64,000 bases of DNA from Alphaproteobacteria bacterium (lineage in GTDB: Bacteria; Pseudomonadota; Alphaproteobacteria; UBA9219; RGZA01): contig JAYRWY010000003.1 of the NCBI GenBank assembly GCA_041917755.1, forward strand, positions 8,563 to 72,562. Direction: 5' to 3'. Position numbers and translations under genes: made by a program. Numbering within the stretch: position 1 is the first letter of the stretch; each line of letters begins with the position of its first letter. Under the pieces are notes generated by a model. The model saw only the letters and a list, made by a program, of their open reading frames with translations. It had not been told where the DNA came from and ran no database searches. This document shows, piece after piece, positions 39,703 through 53,271 of this stretch.

Positions 39703-41508
39703 CTAAGCTGTTTTCTTAACCGGCACATCCACCTTGATATGCAGTTCCTTCAGCTGAATGGGCTGAACAAAGTTGGGGGCTTGCATCATCAAATCTTCCG
39801 CGCGTTGATTGAGCGGGAAGGCGATAACCTCGCGGATATTGGGTTCTTCCGCCAGCAGCATCACAATACGATCAATGCCAGGTGCAGAGCCACCGTGCGG
39901 TGGTGCGCCTAGCTTAAGTGCAGATAGCATACCGCCAAAGCGCGTTTCCAAATCTTCCTTGGAATATCCGGCAATACCGAATGCCTTATACATCACTTCG
40001 GGCAAGTGGTTACGAATTGCGCCTGATGAAAGTTCAATGCCATTGCAGACGATATCATATTGGAATGCTTTGATATCCAACGGGTTCATCTTTTCCAATG
40101 CCTCTAGGCCACCTTGTGGCATGGAGAATGGGTTATGCGAGAAGTCAATTTTACCAGTTACTTCATCCGCTTCAAACATCGGGAAGTCAACAATCCAGCA
40201 GAAGCGGAATGCGTTCTTTTCAATGATATCTAGTTCCTGGGCAATCTTGGTTCGTGCTTGGCCGGCCATCTTTGCGGCTGTGGCTGGCTTATCGCAAACA
40301 AAGAACACGGCGTCGCCATCTTCTGCGCCGGCTAGCTTGCGCAATACAACCTGTGCCTCTGCGGGAATGAACTTGGCAATCGGGCCTTTACCTTCGCCGG
40401 CTTCAAACAACACATAACCCAAACCCGGTGCGCCAATTTCTTTGGCCCAGTCATTTAACTTATCAAAGAAGCTACGAGGTCTATCCGAAACCTTTGGCGC
40501 ACGAATGGCGCGAACCACACCGCCTGCATCAATCGTGGAGCGGAAGGCACGGAACGATACATCATCGCGCTTAAATACTTCAGTTACGTCACAGATAATA
40601 AGCGGGTTACGCAAATCCGGTTTGTCATTACCGTATTTCAGCATGCTGTCTGCATACGTAATACGGCGGAACGGGAAGCCATCAATCGACGGTTTGGTTT
40701 CACGGCGGAAGCTACCGAATTTATCAAAGGTGGAATGCAATACCGGTTCAATGGCAGCGAAGACATCTTCTTGCGTTACAAACGACATTTCAAAATCGAG
40801 CTGATAGAATTCGCCGGGACTGCGATCTGCACGGCTATCTTCATCGCGGAAGCACGGTGCAATTTGGAAATAGCGGTCAAAGCCAGCAATCATCAACAAT
40901 TGCTTGAATTGCTGTGGTGCTTGGGGAAGGGCATAGAACTTGCCTGGATGTAAGCGCGAAGGCACCAAAAAGTCGCGTGCGCCTTCGGGGCTGGAGCTGG
41001 TTAAAATCGGGGTTTGGAATTCATGAAAGCCTTGATCAATCATCTTGGCGCGGATATGCGAGATCACTTCCGAACGCATGATGATGTTCTCTTGCATCTT
41101 CTTGCGGCGTAGATCGAGGAAGCGATAACGCAAGCGAGCATCTTCGCCCGCATCTTCATCTGAGTTAACTTGGATAGGTAGTGGGTCTGCCGCACCAAGG
41201 ATACTGATTTCCTTAATATCCAGTTCGATTTCACCAGTCGGCAATTTAGTGTTGATGGTTTCATCGGGGCGACGAACCACAGCGCCGGTAAAGCAAACCA
41301 CAGATTCGTTTTTCAATGCTTCAACTTGCGGGAAGATGGGACTGGATTGGTCGATCACACATTGGGTAATCCCATAATGGTCGCGTACGTCAATGAACAA
41401 CAGGCTGCCATGGTCACGCTTACGGTGAACCCAGCCAGAAATGCGTGCTGTTTTGCCAATATCGGTGCCGCGCAATGCGCCGCAGGTATGTGAACGGTAA
41501 ATATGCAT
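39703..41508 (-). CDS. aspS: aspartate--tRNA ligase
   Basis: 601 aa with class II aaRS motifs and an N-terminal OB fold. Confidence 0.95.
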   Translation of the reverse strand: MHIYRSHTCGALRGTDIGKTARISGWVHRKRDHGSLLFIDVRDHYGITQCVIDQSSPIFPQVEALKNESVVCFTGAVVRRPDETINTKLPTGEIELDIKEISILGAADPLPIQVNSDEDAGEDARLRYRFLDLRRKKMQENIIMRSEVISHIRAKMIDQGFHEFQTPILTSSSPEGARDFLVPSRLHPGKFYALPQAPQQFKQLLMIAGFDRYFQIAPCFRDEDSRADRSPGEFYQLDFEMSFVTQEDVFAAIEPVLHSTFDKFGSFRRETKPSIDGFPFRRITYADSMLKYGNDKPDLRNPLIICDVTEVFKRDDVSFRAFRSTIDAGGVVRAIRAPKVSDRPRSFFDKLNDWAKEIGAPGLGYVLFEAGEGKGPIAKFIPAEAQVVLRKLAGAEDGDAVFFVCDKPATAAKMAGQARTKIAQELDIIEKNAFRFCWIVDFPMFEADEVTGKIDFSHNPFSMPQGGLEALEKMNPLDIKAFQYDIVCNGIELSSGAIRNHLPEVMYKAFGIAGYSKEDLETRFGGMLSALKLGAPPHGGSAPGIDRIVMLLAEEPNIREVIAFPLNQRAEDLMMQAPNFVQPIQLKELHIKVDVPVKKTA

Positions 41509-41567
41509 AATTTGTCTTTGCTTTAGTGGTGAATGGTTTATGAATAGACTTTTTAAGGGTTTTCCTA

Positions 41568-42725
41568 TTGGTTATCAACATGCTTATCAGCACAAATGAT
41601 GAATTAAAGCAGTTTTGCGAACAATTGCGCAGCAGTCGGTTTCTGGCAATTGATACAGAGTTTATCCGCGACCGCACCTATTGGCCGCGCTTATGCCTCA
41701 TACAGGTGGCTGGCGAAACGGATGCCCGAGCAATAGACCCACTGGTCCAAGGGCTGGATTTGGCCCCCTTGTTGGAACTGCTCTATGACGAGAAGATTTT
41801 GAAGGTTTTTCATGCTGCCCGTCAGGATCTGGAAATCTTTTTCCATATGACTGGCAAAGTGCCCAGCCCAATTGCCGATACCCAAGTGATGGGCATGGTG
41901 TGTGGGTTCGGTGAGTCGGTAAGCTATGAAAACATCGTCGCCAAACTTGCCAAAGGCACCATTGATAAATCATCTCGCTTTACCGATTGGGCGTTGCGAC
42001 CACTTTCCGAGAAGCAATTGAATTATGCGCTCGATGATGTGCGTTATCTGCGTCCTGTCTTCGAAAAGCTGGAGGCAAAGCTCAATCAGCTTGGCCGCGC
42101 AGACTGGATTGCCGAAGAAATGCAAATCCTGCGGGAGCCATCCACCTACCGGTTAGAGCCGGATCAAGCGTGGAAGCGCCTAAAAATCAAAATGGACAAA
42201 CCAAAGTTTTTTACATTGGTCAAAGATTTGTGCGCCTGGCGTGAGCGTGAAGCGCAAAGCATCGATATCCCGCGTAACCGGGTTATCCGGGATGAGGCAT
42301 TGATGGAAATCGTTCATCATGTTCCGCGTGATGCAAATGAACTTGCCCGTGTGCGTGGTTTATCTGCGGAGTTTGCTAAAAACCGTTTGGGCACAGGCAT
42401 CCTTGAGGTTATCAAAGCATCACAAAGCCGCACGCCGGATGCGTTACCAGATGAACTGCGTAAAAACCATTTACCATCCAATCTTGGCGCAGTGGTAGAT
42501 ATGCTAAAGGTTCTATTGCGTTTGGTTGCTGAAGAAAACGATGTTGCAGCCAAACTGATTTCGAATTCATCAGACTTGGACATCCTGGCAGAAAAAGACG
42601 ATGCCGATGTGCTGGCGATGAAAGGCTGGCGTTATGAATTATTTGGTAAGAAGGCAATCGCCCTCAAGCGGGGTAAGCTTGCACTAAAACTTAACAATAA
42701 TAAAATCCAGTTCATTGATGTGTGA
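41568..42725 (+). CDS. rnd: ribonuclease D
   Basis: DEDDy 3'-5' exonuclease region (LAIDTEF...) plus HRDC domains. Confidence 0.9.
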   Translation: MVINMLISTNDELKQFCEQLRSSRFLAIDTEFIRDRTYWPRLCLIQVAGETDARAIDPLVQGLDLAPLLELLYDEKILKVFHAARQDLEIFFHMTGKVPSPIADTQVMGMVCGFGESVSYENIVAKLAKGTIDKSSRFTDWALRPLSEKQLNYALDDVRYLRPVFEKLEAKLNQLGRADWIAEEMQILREPSTYRLEPDQAWKRLKIKMDKPKFFTLVKDLCAWREREAQSIDIPRNRVIRDEALMEIVHHVPRDANELARVRGLSAEFAKNRLGTGILEVIKASQSRTPDALPDELRKNHLPSNLGAVVDMLKVLLRLVAEENDVAAKLISNSSDLDILAEKDDADVLAMKGWRYELFGKKAIALKRGKLALKLNNNKIQFIDV

Positions 42726-43201
42726 CATTTTTGAATCAAAACACGGTTAATGTTTGCTTAAAAAAGGCCAATTTAGAATTTGTTAGGGGCTTGGGAGCAT
42801 AATGCCTCCAGAACAAATTAGGCGGCAATACATGGCTTTTGGGTACCGTTTCACAAAAACAACTGCATTCACGGATAGCGCTCGTCGCTTTAATCCAAAG
42901 TTGTTTGCGTCATTACAAACCCAATGCTCACCGCTAGTTTTGGTTGAAACGCCCAAAACATTTATCGAACAATTCGCAACTAACTTTGAACACATCCTTG
43001 GTGATGTAGATGGTGCACGTCAACCAATGCGCACCAATGCAACGCTTCCTGTATTGGAAGAGTTGACCCAGTCTTCTGCTGCCTAATCGCGGCGCTATTC
43101 CATAAAATTTGAACTATCATTCAGTGACGGTTAACTGTTTTTTGTTACGGTTCGTCTCCCAGTGGTGTTTTTTATAAAATACAATAGTTGGAGAGTATCT
43201 C

Positions 43202-43462
43202 ATGGCCGATCAAATTTTCTTATTTGCCAAACGTCTGATGAAACAGGCAATGAGCAAGACCTATGCTGCACCACTTCCGCATGATTTATGTGAAATGGGC
43301 GACCGTAACTACGTACGCTCCAGCGGCGAATTGAACAACAATCGCAAGCTTGCACGCAAAACCATTAAAATGACGATGTGCCAGGAACAAGGCTACGCAT
43401 GGCCTAAATCCATGTCGCATCGCTCGGAAATTTTTGCACCAGAAAAAATTCTGTCTGCTTAA
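43202..43462 (+). CDS. hypothetical small protein
   Basis: An 86-aa ORF with a GGAG RBS. It overlaps the ppk1 3' end by 4 nt. Confidence 0.35.
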   Translation: MADQIFLFAKRLMKQAMSKTYAAPLPHDLCEMGDRNYVRSSGELNNNRKLARKTIKMTMCQEQGYAWPKSMSHRSEIFAPEKILSA

Positions 43463-45633
43463 ATTTCTCTGAGTTTCAATTCAGGCGGCTTGCTGCCTTC
43501 CAGAATTGCAGAACCCCGGCCCGAAAGGCTGGGGTTTTTCATGAAGTAATGGTGTGCGCTAAATGGTTCGTCGCCTTGCTCGGGCTGCAGACGGCGATAA
43601 TTACCATCCATATCCATTTCCCAGCTTTGGGTGTTGTCTTTAATACAGGCTACCATGATCTGGTTCAGCACCTGTTGGTGCACGGTTGGGTTTTCAATGG
43701 GTGCCATGATTTCAATGCGGCGGTCTAGATTGCGCTGCATCCAATCTGCTGAGGTGATAAATACTTTTGCTTGTTCATTTGGTAATCCGCCGCCATTGCC
43801 GAAGCAGATGATGCGGCTGTGTTCTAGAAAGCGTCCCACAAGACTGCGCACCGTAATGCGCTCCGAAAGGCCAGGGATATTTGGCTTAAGGCAGCATATG
43901 CCGCGCACAATCAGCATGATGTCAACGCCTGCCGTGGCCGCATCGTAAAGCTTATCAATCATCTCTGGATCAACAAGGGAATTAAGTTTTGCCCAAATGG
44001 CGGCGGGCTTACCTTCCTTTGCAAATGCAATTTCTGCATCAATCAGCTCATATAATTTTTTACGCAAGGTAAGTGGCGCATAGGATAGCTTTTCCATTGC
44101 ACGCGGTTCTGCATAACCTGTCATGTAATTAAACAATGCGCCAGCATCGCGCGCTATCGCGGCATCTGACGTAAAAAAAGAAAGGTCAGTGTATATCTTT
44201 GCAGTATGTGGATGATAATTGCCTGTTCCAATATGGACATAGGACTTCAGTTCCGTGCCTTCGCGGCGCACGACCATGGAGAGTTTTGCGTGGGTTTTTA
44301 AATCAGTAAAGCCATAGACGACTTGCGCACCTGCGCTTTCTAATGCGCGGCTAATGCTAATGTTTGCTTCTTCATCAAATCGTGCTTTTAATTCCACCAT
44401 GACGGTGACTGATTTGCCACTCGATGCCGCTTCAACTAATGCCTGTACAATAGGGCTTTGACTGCTGGTACGGTACAGTGTCTGCTTGATTGCCATGACA
44501 TGCGGGTCTTTAGCCGCTTGGCGCAAAAAGTGTACGACTGCATCAAAGCTTTCATACGGATGATGGATAATCAGATCCTTCTTTTTGATGGCGGCAAATA
44601 CATCACCATTAAAATCATTGATGCGTTCGCTTTGGCGCGGCGTATATGGCGTGAACCGCAAATCCGAGCGTCCGCAATTTACAATTTCACGTAAATCCGA
44701 AAGCCCATTAAGTCCTTTTACAATATGCGTGAACTTTTCTTCAAACTTGATGTGTTCACGCAAAAATTTACGCAACGCCTCCGATGTGTCAGTATGAATA
44801 CCAAGACGAATAACTTCACCAGAGCGTCGCTTCTTCAATGCATCTTCATAGTTGTGTAACAAGTCTTCTGCGCGCTCATCAAATTGCAGTTCGGTATTGC
44901 GTACCACGCGGAACACGCCTGATGAAACAAGTGTAAACCCGGGTATAATCTTTTCAACAAACAGCAATATAATCCGTTCTAATTGAATAAAACGCAGACC
45001 TTCTTGCTTGCTTTGCGGGTTCAATATTTTTACAAACCGTTCAATGCTCGATGGAATGCCAATAAGATGCACCATGGTCTCGCCGGTTGTCTGCGATTGC
45101 ATTTCAAGAGCAAGCGCAATGCCTTTATTGGGAATAAGCGGGAAGGGGTGGGCAAGGTCAACCGCAACAGGAGTAAGGAGCGGTAAAACCATGGTTTGGA
45201 AAAATTCTTCAAGCCATGCAATGTCACTCTGGCTTAATTCGCGCGTCCGGCAAATATGGACATTCACTGTTTCCAATTCTTTGCGGATTTCCTGCCACGC
45301 TTTTTGCTGGCGGCTTATCATCTTGGTGGTTTTTAAATTAACCAGCTCCAACTGTTGTTCCGGGGTCAAGCCATCATCGCTGACGATGTCTAGCTGGTTA
45401 TAAATTTGTCCACGCAGGCCGCCAATGCGTACCATATAAAATTCATCAAGATTTGCAGCCGAGATAGCCAGAAAGTTTAATCGTTCCAGAAGTGGATGCG
45501 CTTTGTTGAATGCTTCATCCAAGACGCGGTCATTAAACGCCAGCCACGATAACTCTCGGTTATTGAAGCGGGAGGCGCTATTTTTTTCGGGATTTTTTTC
45601 TGAATCTGCAATCGTATGGGGCATAAAGGGCAT
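43459..45633 (-). CDS. ppk: polyphosphate kinase 1
   Basis: 724 aa with PPK1 N, H, C1 and C2 domains. Confidence 0.95.
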   Translation of the reverse strand: MPFMPHTIADSEKNPEKNSASRFNNRELSWLAFNDRVLDEAFNKAHPLLERLNFLAISAANLDEFYMVRIGGLRGQIYNQLDIVSDDGLTPEQQLELVNLKTTKMISRQQKAWQEIRKELETVNVHICRTRELSQSDIAWLEEFFQTMVLPLLTPVAVDLAHPFPLIPNKGIALALEMQSQTTGETMVHLIGIPSSIERFVKILNPQSKQEGLRFIQLERIILLFVEKIIPGFTLVSSGVFRVVRNTELQFDERAEDLLHNYEDALKKRRSGEVIRLGIHTDTSEALRKFLREHIKFEEKFTHIVKGLNGLSDLREIVNCGRSDLRFTPYTPRQSERINDFNGDVFAAIKKKDLIIHHPYESFDAVVHFLRQAAKDPHVMAIKQTLYRTSSQSPIVQALVEAASSGKSVTVMVELKARFDEEANISISRALESAGAQVVYGFTDLKTHAKLSMVVRREGTELKSYVHIGTGNYHPHTAKIYTDLSFFTSDAAIARDAGALFNYMTGYAEPRAMEKLSYAPLTLRKKLYELIDAEIAFAKEGKPAAIWAKLNSLVDPEMIDKLYDAATAGVDIMLIVRGICCLKPNIPGLSERITVRSLVGRFLEHSRIICFGNGGGLPNEQAKVFITSADWMQRNLDRRIEIMAPIENPTVHQQVLNQIMVACIKDNTQSWEMDMDGNYRRLQPEQGDEPFSAHHYFMKNPSLSGRGSAILEGSKPPELKLREI

Positions 45634-45677
45634 GTATTTGGCTGTAGACCTATCTTAAGGAGTCAGGTATTAAAAAG

Positions 45678-46214
45678 GTGTTTCTATATGGATTAACCAT
45701 GAAAACCTTGATTCTTCTACGCCATGCCGAGGCAGCCGAATTACAATCCGGCCAGGACGCTCAGCGGCCATTAACGCAAAAGGGCCGTGAGATGGCTGTG
45801 TGGGTTGGTAATGAACTCACCAAAAAAGGTTTATGGCCCGATTTTATTTTATCTTCGTCCGTCCAGCGCACGAAGGAAACCTGCGGTTTATTGCAAGAAG
45901 CATGGACCCCGGATGTGTATCCGCAAGTTTTTTTTGATCCTGCCATCTACCGCGCAGATGCGCATGAATGCCTTGAGATGATTGCCATGCAGGACGAAAT
46001 GCACAGCACCTTGATGATGGTTGGCCACAACCCCAGCATCCATCAACTAGCATTGTTGTTATGCGGGGCAGGGCAAATTGGCAAAAAGCCAGAACTCGCA
46101 AGTAATTTTCCTCCCGCATCCTGCGTGGTTCTAACATTCCCGCAGGAACAATGGGTGCGCATCCATAAGGGCAGCGGTACCCTCGTCGATTTCTTTCATC
46201 CCGCAGGATTATAA
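45678..46214 (+). CDS. sixA: histidine phosphatase family protein (SixA-like)
   Basis: Contains the RHAEA catalytic motif. Confidence 0.8.
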   Translation: MFLYGLTMKTLILLRHAEAAELQSGQDAQRPLTQKGREMAVWVGNELTKKGLWPDFILSSSVQRTKETCGLLQEAWTPDVYPQVFFDPAIYRADAHECLEMIAMQDEMHSTLMMVGHNPSIHQLALLLCGAGQIGKKPELASNFPPASCVVLTFPQEQWVRIHKGSGTLVDFFHPAGL

Positions 46215-47254
46215 TGGCAAATTTAGCAGCCGATGACCGCCCCTATGCGGGTGCGGAATGGCAAGAAAACGCATTTATTGTTGATGCCCAGGCTTTGGAA
46301 GCCTTTGGTTGCATGGCCATTGGCCTTGCTGACGGTCATGTCAGCTTGCGGTTGCTTGGTAAGCCAGAAACCGAACTATGTCCGACCATTGCCGCGCATA
46401 AAAATGGTCTGTCTGGTTTGGTGGTTGCCCCAAATGGCAAGGCGTTTATTTCCATGGGCGAAGATGGTCGCGTGGTGCGCATACTGCCCGATGGAACAAC
46501 CCAGCAAATACTGCATATCGAAAAAGCATGGTTTGAGCAAATCGCTGTGCATGCAGATGCAGGCTTAATTGCTGTGAGCTATAAAAAAACAGTCATCGTA
46601 TTTGATGAGCAGGGTAAGGTGCGCGCAGAGTTCGCCAATCACCCAAGCACAGTTCAAGGCATTTCATTTGATACAAAGGGAAAACGGATTGCCGCCAGCC
46701 ATTATGGCGGGGTCAGTTTATGGTGGGTAAATGGCGAAGTAGGGCAGGTTCCGCAACGCTTGAATTGGAAAGGCTCGCACCTTTCCATCGCATGGTCGCC
46801 CAATGGCAAATATCTTCTCACTTCCATGCAGGAAAACACCCTGCATGGCTGGCGTACGCCAGATTTTGCTGATTTTCAAATGAGTGGCTATGCCATAAAA
46901 CCCAAATCATTCGGCTGGTCACAGGATAACCGTTGGCTTGCCAGCTCAGGCTCGCCAGGTATTGTATGTTGGGACTGCGGCGGTAAAGGCCCTATGGGTA
47001 AGCCTGCAACTGTCCTTGCCCAAGACTGCGAGGATATTACCACGCGTGTGGCGTGCCATCCTTCACTTGATTTGGTCGCGGCGGGAACACTGGGCGGCGA
47101 TGTATACATGGCGCGGTTTCAAGATGACCGCATCGTGCGTTTAAAAACCAACAGCAAGAGCGAGATAACAACCTTGCGTTGGAGTGATAACGGCCAGACA
47201 TTATTAGGCGGCTGCGAAGATGGCTCTGCCTATGCGTGGGTCTTTTCAGATTAA
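46214..47254 (+). CDS. WD40 / beta-propeller repeat protein
   Basis: Shows repeated WD-like blades. Confidence 0.7.
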   Translation: MANLAADDRPYAGAEWQENAFIVDAQALEAFGCMAIGLADGHVSLRLLGKPETELCPTIAAHKNGLSGLVVAPNGKAFISMGEDGRVVRILPDGTTQQILHIEKAWFEQIAVHADAGLIAVSYKKTVIVFDEQGKVRAEFANHPSTVQGISFDTKGKRIAASHYGGVSLWWVNGEVGQVPQRLNWKGSHLSIAWSPNGKYLLTSMQENTLHGWRTPDFADFQMSGYAIKPKSFGWSQDNRWLASSGSPGIVCWDCGGKGPMGKPATVLAQDCEDITTRVACHPSLDLVAAGTLGGDVYMARFQDDRIVRLKTNSKSEITTLRWSDNGQTLLGGCEDGSAYAWVFSD

Positions 47255-48123
47255 GCTGCCGGCTCAAAAATCTTTTGCTTCACATAATCAGGAACGCGTA
47301 CATCAAAGGTCGTGCCATGGTGTACCACCATCCGCTTTTCTTCGATGAAGGGTTTGATTTTTTCCAATTGAAATAATCCAAGCCCGTAATCCTTGCCAAT
47401 CGCCATGACGCGGCCAACACTATAGCCTTCATGCAAAATATCATGATGCCGCTCTGGCGGTAATCCTTCGAATTTAAAGGGTAAATAGCGTTTTTTGATA
47501 AGGCCACGGTAGCGGGTGCGGGCAGTTAATTCCTGCCCCATATAGCAACCCTTGCTCCAGCTGATTGCGTTCAGAGTATCAAAATTCAACTCAAGCAATG
47601 TGGCGATACCGTTTTCAATTTCAAACGAACCCTCGGCAACGCCATGCTTATATCGATGTTCTTTATAATCATCTTCTTCACGGTTGGTGGGGATCCTAGC
47701 CGCATTATCTTTTCTGATGATTATCCGCTCGCCTAGTTCCGGTAAGCGTGGATCTGCATATGCAATTGCCTCGTTGCTTGGAGCGCCCCAACATGCAAAG
47801 ACTGAGAAGTGGCTGCGAGGATCCTCAATATTGATTTGAGAACGCATTTTATAAAACAGCAAACGGCGGATTAATTCGTTGGCTTGCGCTGCATCGCAAT
47901 CCAGCAATAAATAATCGTCTTGCGGCACGACAAAAAAATCGAACAGGTACTTTCCCTGCGGCGTAAGGAAGGCGGTATAGAGCGGTTTGCCATCTACCGC
48001 TAGTTGAATGTCCTGGCTAATTAGCCCCTGAAGGAAGGTGAATCTGTCCGGTCCCACGATACGCAGGACGTTACGATTGCTTAAAAGGGCGGTTTTTGTG
48101 GCACCATTCATGGCTTTTGACAT
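47251..48123 (-). CDS. ygfZ: folate-binding YgfZ/GcvT-like protein
   Basis: Aminomethyltransferase folate-binding fold with a C-terminal KGCYxGQE-like motif. Confidence 0.75.
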   Translation of the reverse strand: MSKAMNGATKTALLSNRNVLRIVGPDRFTFLQGLISQDIQLAVDGKPLYTAFLTPQGKYLFDFFVVPQDDYLLLDCDAAQANELIRRLLFYKMRSQINIEDPRSHFSVFACWGAPSNEAIAYADPRLPELGERIIIRKDNAARIPTNREEDDYKEHRYKHGVAEGSFEIENGIATLLELNFDTLNAISWSKGCYMGQELTARTRYRGLIKKRYLPFKFEGLPPERHHDILHEGYSVGRVMAIGKDYGLGLFQLEKIKPFIEEKRMVVHHGTTFDVRVPDYVKQKIFEPAA

Positions 48124-48152
48124 AGCGCAGTTTTGTCGTCTATCAAAGGGGT

Positions 48153-49070
48153 ATGGTTTACAGGCCTAAAAAATTATTGTTCATAACATCCAATCGTTTG
48201 GGCGATGCTGTCTTATCGACAGGCATCCTTGCCAAAGCAATTGAGCATTATGAACCAACAGAAGTCACGATTGCGTGTGGCCCAATCCCTGCGCCTCTGT
48301 TTGCTGCGGTTCCCAAGCTTAAACGCATTATCATTCTGGATAAGCAAGAAGGTGGCTTGCATTGGGTAAAGTTATGGCAGCAAGTGTTCCCCCAATTATG
48401 GAACGTAGCCATTGATCTGCGTAATTCCATTGTTTCCTATTTGATATTCAGTAAAAAGACATTCCGCTTTACTCAAGGCGATGAGTATAAGCATAAATCG
48501 GTTCAGCTTGCCGACATGATGCAACTCAATGATGCTCCCTATAATAAAATTTGGCTGAACAAAGAAGCCCAAGAACTTGCACAAACCACACTATATGAAG
48601 GTGATCCGGTATTGGCATTGTGCCCAACGGCAAATTGGCAACCTAAAACATGGCCTGCCGACAGATTTATCGAGGTTGCGTTGCGCTTACCATTCCAGCG
48701 TATTGCTGTATTCGGTGCAGAGCATGAACGCCCACAGGCCATGCCAATAATTGAAACATTACGCAAAACATTTGATGTCATTGATCTGGTTGGTAAGACC
48801 GACCCGCTAGAGGCCGCCGCCTGTCTGGCGCGTTGCCAATTATGCATTGCCAATGACTCAGGCCTGATGCATATCGCGGCCGCGATGGGCACTCCTACGC
48901 TAGGTTTATTTGGCCCCAGCAGTGATACGGAATACGCGCCGCATGGCCCGCGTACGGCATTAGTTCGCGGCGCTGATTTCGACAGTCTGGAAAACCTTGA
49001 TGAGCCCTTTGATTTGATGAAGGCCATTACGATTGATGCCGTCGTTAATGCTGCTAAAAAGCTGATATAA
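48153..49070 (+). CDS. GT9 family glycosyltransferase (LPS heptosyltransferase-like)
   Basis: Contains the GT9 C-terminal motif IANDSGLMHIAAAMGTPTLGLFGPS. Confidence 0.8.
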   Translation: MVYRPKKLLFITSNRLGDAVLSTGILAKAIEHYEPTEVTIACGPIPAPLFAAVPKLKRIIILDKQEGGLHWVKLWQQVFPQLWNVAIDLRNSIVSYLIFSKKTFRFTQGDEYKHKSVQLADMMQLNDAPYNKIWLNKEAQELAQTTLYEGDPVLALCPTANWQPKTWPADRFIEVALRLPFQRIAVFGAEHERPQAMPIIETLRKTFDVIDLVGKTDPLEAAACLARCQLCIANDSGLMHIAAAMGTPTLGLFGPSSDTEYAPHGPRTALVRGADFDSLENLDEPFDLMKAITIDAVVNAAKKLI

Positions 49071-49124
49071 ATCGGGCTTTGGCCTATTTCCTTTGACAAA
49101 AAACCTCATTCAACGCATCTTCTA

Positions 49125-51068
<1,944 letters not shown>

Positions 51069-51080
51069 TAGCAACGCGCC

Positions 51081-52865
51081 ATGACTTTTATCCTTCTTGA
51101 TAACACCAAAGATGAAGGTGAAGGCTCATGGTTGTTCGAAAATCCAATTGAGATTATAAAAGCAGACAATCCTGTTGAGGTCGCCGCGGCACTCGGAAAG
51201 CTAGAAGCTGCTGATAAGAACGGCCTGTTTGCAGCCGGTTTTTTTGCATTTGAACTGGCATATGTGATGGAGCCATCGCTTGCATCTTTATTGCCGGAAC
51301 AACGTGAAACGCCATTAATCTGGTTTGGCGTATTCAAATCACGAAAGAAACTATCTTCAGCTGAAGCAAATGCATTTCTTAGTCAAAAAGCAACAAGTGA
51401 TGCGCAAGTTTCTCTGCTCAAGCCACAATGGTCACTGGATGATTATACAGAGCGATTTAATAAAGCCCGTGATGCTATCCTGTCTGGTGAAGTATATCAG
51501 CTAAACCTTACCTTTAAAACGTCGTTTGATTGTATTGGTGATGCAATCAGTCTTTATCTCAAGCTTCGCTTGCAACAAGCTGTATCTTTTGGTGCGTATA
51601 TTGATGCTCCAGAATTCAAAGTACTGTCACTGTCGCCCGAATTATTCATCAGACAAAATGGGCTGGAGATTGAAACGCGCCCAATGAAAGGGACTGCTCC
51701 TCGCGCATATCTTCCCCAAGACGACAGGCAGGTTGCACTGGCTTTGGCAGCTGATGTGAAATCACAAGCCGAAAACCTCATGATTGTTGATTTAATGCGC
51801 AATGACATCGGACGCATTGCCGAACATCATAGCGTTAAGGTGCATAATTTATTCGAGGTTGAAACCTATAAAACACTCCATCAAATGATATCTACGGTAC
51901 GTGCAACCTTAAAACCAAATATCCGTTTGCATGACTTGCTAAAGGCATTGTTCGCACCCGGCTCTGTAGTGGGGGCGCCAAAAATTCAGGCGATGAAACT
52001 TATCCGTCAATTGGAGCAATCTCCGCGAGGCGTATATTGTGGCGCAATTGGTATGATGGGGCAGGGACAAAAAGTATTTAATGTCGCAATCCGTACAGCC
52101 GTATTATATCCTAGCGATAATAAATATCGTGGCGAGATGGGTGTGGGCAGTGGTGTTGTCTATGACTCTATTGCCAATCATGAATACGAGGAATGCCTAC
52201 TCAAAACAAAGTTTTTTACACAAGATGCCGAACCTTTTGGTCTTATCGAAACGCTACGGTTTGATAAGGGCAGGGGATATTACCTTCTTGATCGGCATTT
52301 GGAGCGGCTGGCAGGATCTGCTGCTTATTTCAATATACCCTTTGATATCAATGTTATTCGTGATGCTTTATTGGCTCATAGTGCTGCATGTGATGTCCTG
52401 CACTTGCGCGTTCGCGTATGTCTATCGGCAAATGGGATGCTTGATATTCAATCTACACCATTAGCAAATGACGCTTTAAGCCAAACCGTTAAATTCATTA
52501 TCTCTGATCAACCTATCCATAGTGCAAATATCCATTTGTATCATAAAACAACTGCGCGGCAGTTTTTAGATGAGCCATGTCAACGATATAAAGAAACAAC
52601 TGGCTGCGATGAAGTTGTATATATCAATCAACGGGGCGAGCTTACACAAGGTAGCTATATGAACCTGTTCCTGGAACAACATGATGGTACTTATCTAACG
52701 CCGCCTCTGACTTCTGGTTTATTGCCCGGAACTTTTAGGGCGGAGTTTATGTCTACTCACTGTGTAATTGAAAAAATACTCTACCCATCCGACATTGCTT
52801 CCGCAAAAGCGGTATATCTGGGTAATTCCGTTCGCGGCTTACTGAAAGCAATCCATATTCAATAG
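51081..52865 (+). CDS. pabBC: bifunctional aminodeoxychorismate synthase component I / aminodeoxychorismate lyase (PabB-PabC fusion)
   Basis: The N-terminal ~380 aa is a chorismate-binding enzyme (GAIGMMGQGQKVFNVAIRT). The C-terminal ~200 aa has a class IV aminotransferase/ADC-lyase fold. Confidence 0.8.
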   Translation: MTFILLDNTKDEGEGSWLFENPIEIIKADNPVEVAAALGKLEAADKNGLFAAGFFAFELAYVMEPSLASLLPEQRETPLIWFGVFKSRKKLSSAEANAFLSQKATSDAQVSLLKPQWSLDDYTERFNKARDAILSGEVYQLNLTFKTSFDCIGDAISLYLKLRLQQAVSFGAYIDAPEFKVLSLSPELFIRQNGLEIETRPMKGTAPRAYLPQDDRQVALALAADVKSQAENLMIVDLMRNDIGRIAEHHSVKVHNLFEVETYKTLHQMISTVRATLKPNIRLHDLLKALFAPGSVVGAPKIQAMKLIRQLEQSPRGVYCGAIGMMGQGQKVFNVAIRTAVLYPSDNKYRGEMGVGSGVVYDSIANHEYEECLLKTKFFTQDAEPFGLIETLRFDKGRGYYLLDRHLERLAGSAAYFNIPFDINVIRDALLAHSAACDVLHLRVRVCLSANGMLDIQSTPLANDALSQTVKFIISDQPIHSANIHLYHKTTARQFLDEPCQRYKETTGCDEVVYINQRGELTQGSYMNLFLEQHDGTYLTPPLTSGLLPGTFRAEFMSTHCVIEKILYPSDIASAKAVYLGNSVRGLLKAIHIQ

Positions 52866-52930
52866 GTCAGCTTTTTCAAAAAATGCCAGTATTTATTGCA
52901 TGAATCATATATAATACAATTCCTATCAAT

Positions 52931-52990
52931 GCACTTGACAATATAAAGCGGCTTTTTCTATACTCAGCGCATTGATTACTTACAGCGTAA
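52931..52990 (+). promoter_or_regulatory. predicted sigma70-type promoter with a downstream palindromic operator
   Basis: TTGACA, 18 nt, TATACT; then the perfect inverted repeat ATTGATTAC-(7 nt)-GTAATCAAT. Confidence 0.45.
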
Positions 52991-53271
52991 TCAATCGTGG
53001 GATTTGAGGGTCAGCTTGCAACCACGTTAAAAATTGCTAAAGCGCTATGGCTAGGGGGCAAGTGAACCCCGATTGGTAAAAGCGTACCGCTTTTCCCGCT
53101 GCTGTAGTCCCTACAGATTGCAAAGTTTCATCAGCCAAGCATTCTGCATTCTAGGACAACAGCACGGCGTTTTGAACATTTCAAAAATCCGTTTTGTTAA
53201 ATGCGTAGCCTAACGCGGCCTATTGGCTTGCGTGTGGTCATAGTGATTACAACCATGCAACGGAATAAGAT

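Noticed and set aside
42802-43086. 94-aa ORF in the rnd-ppk intergenic region
   Set aside because: No RBS or recognisable motif. It may be real, but it cannot be supported from sequence alone. The 43202-43462 ORF with a GGAG RBS is a somewhat better candidate and is listed at low confidence.
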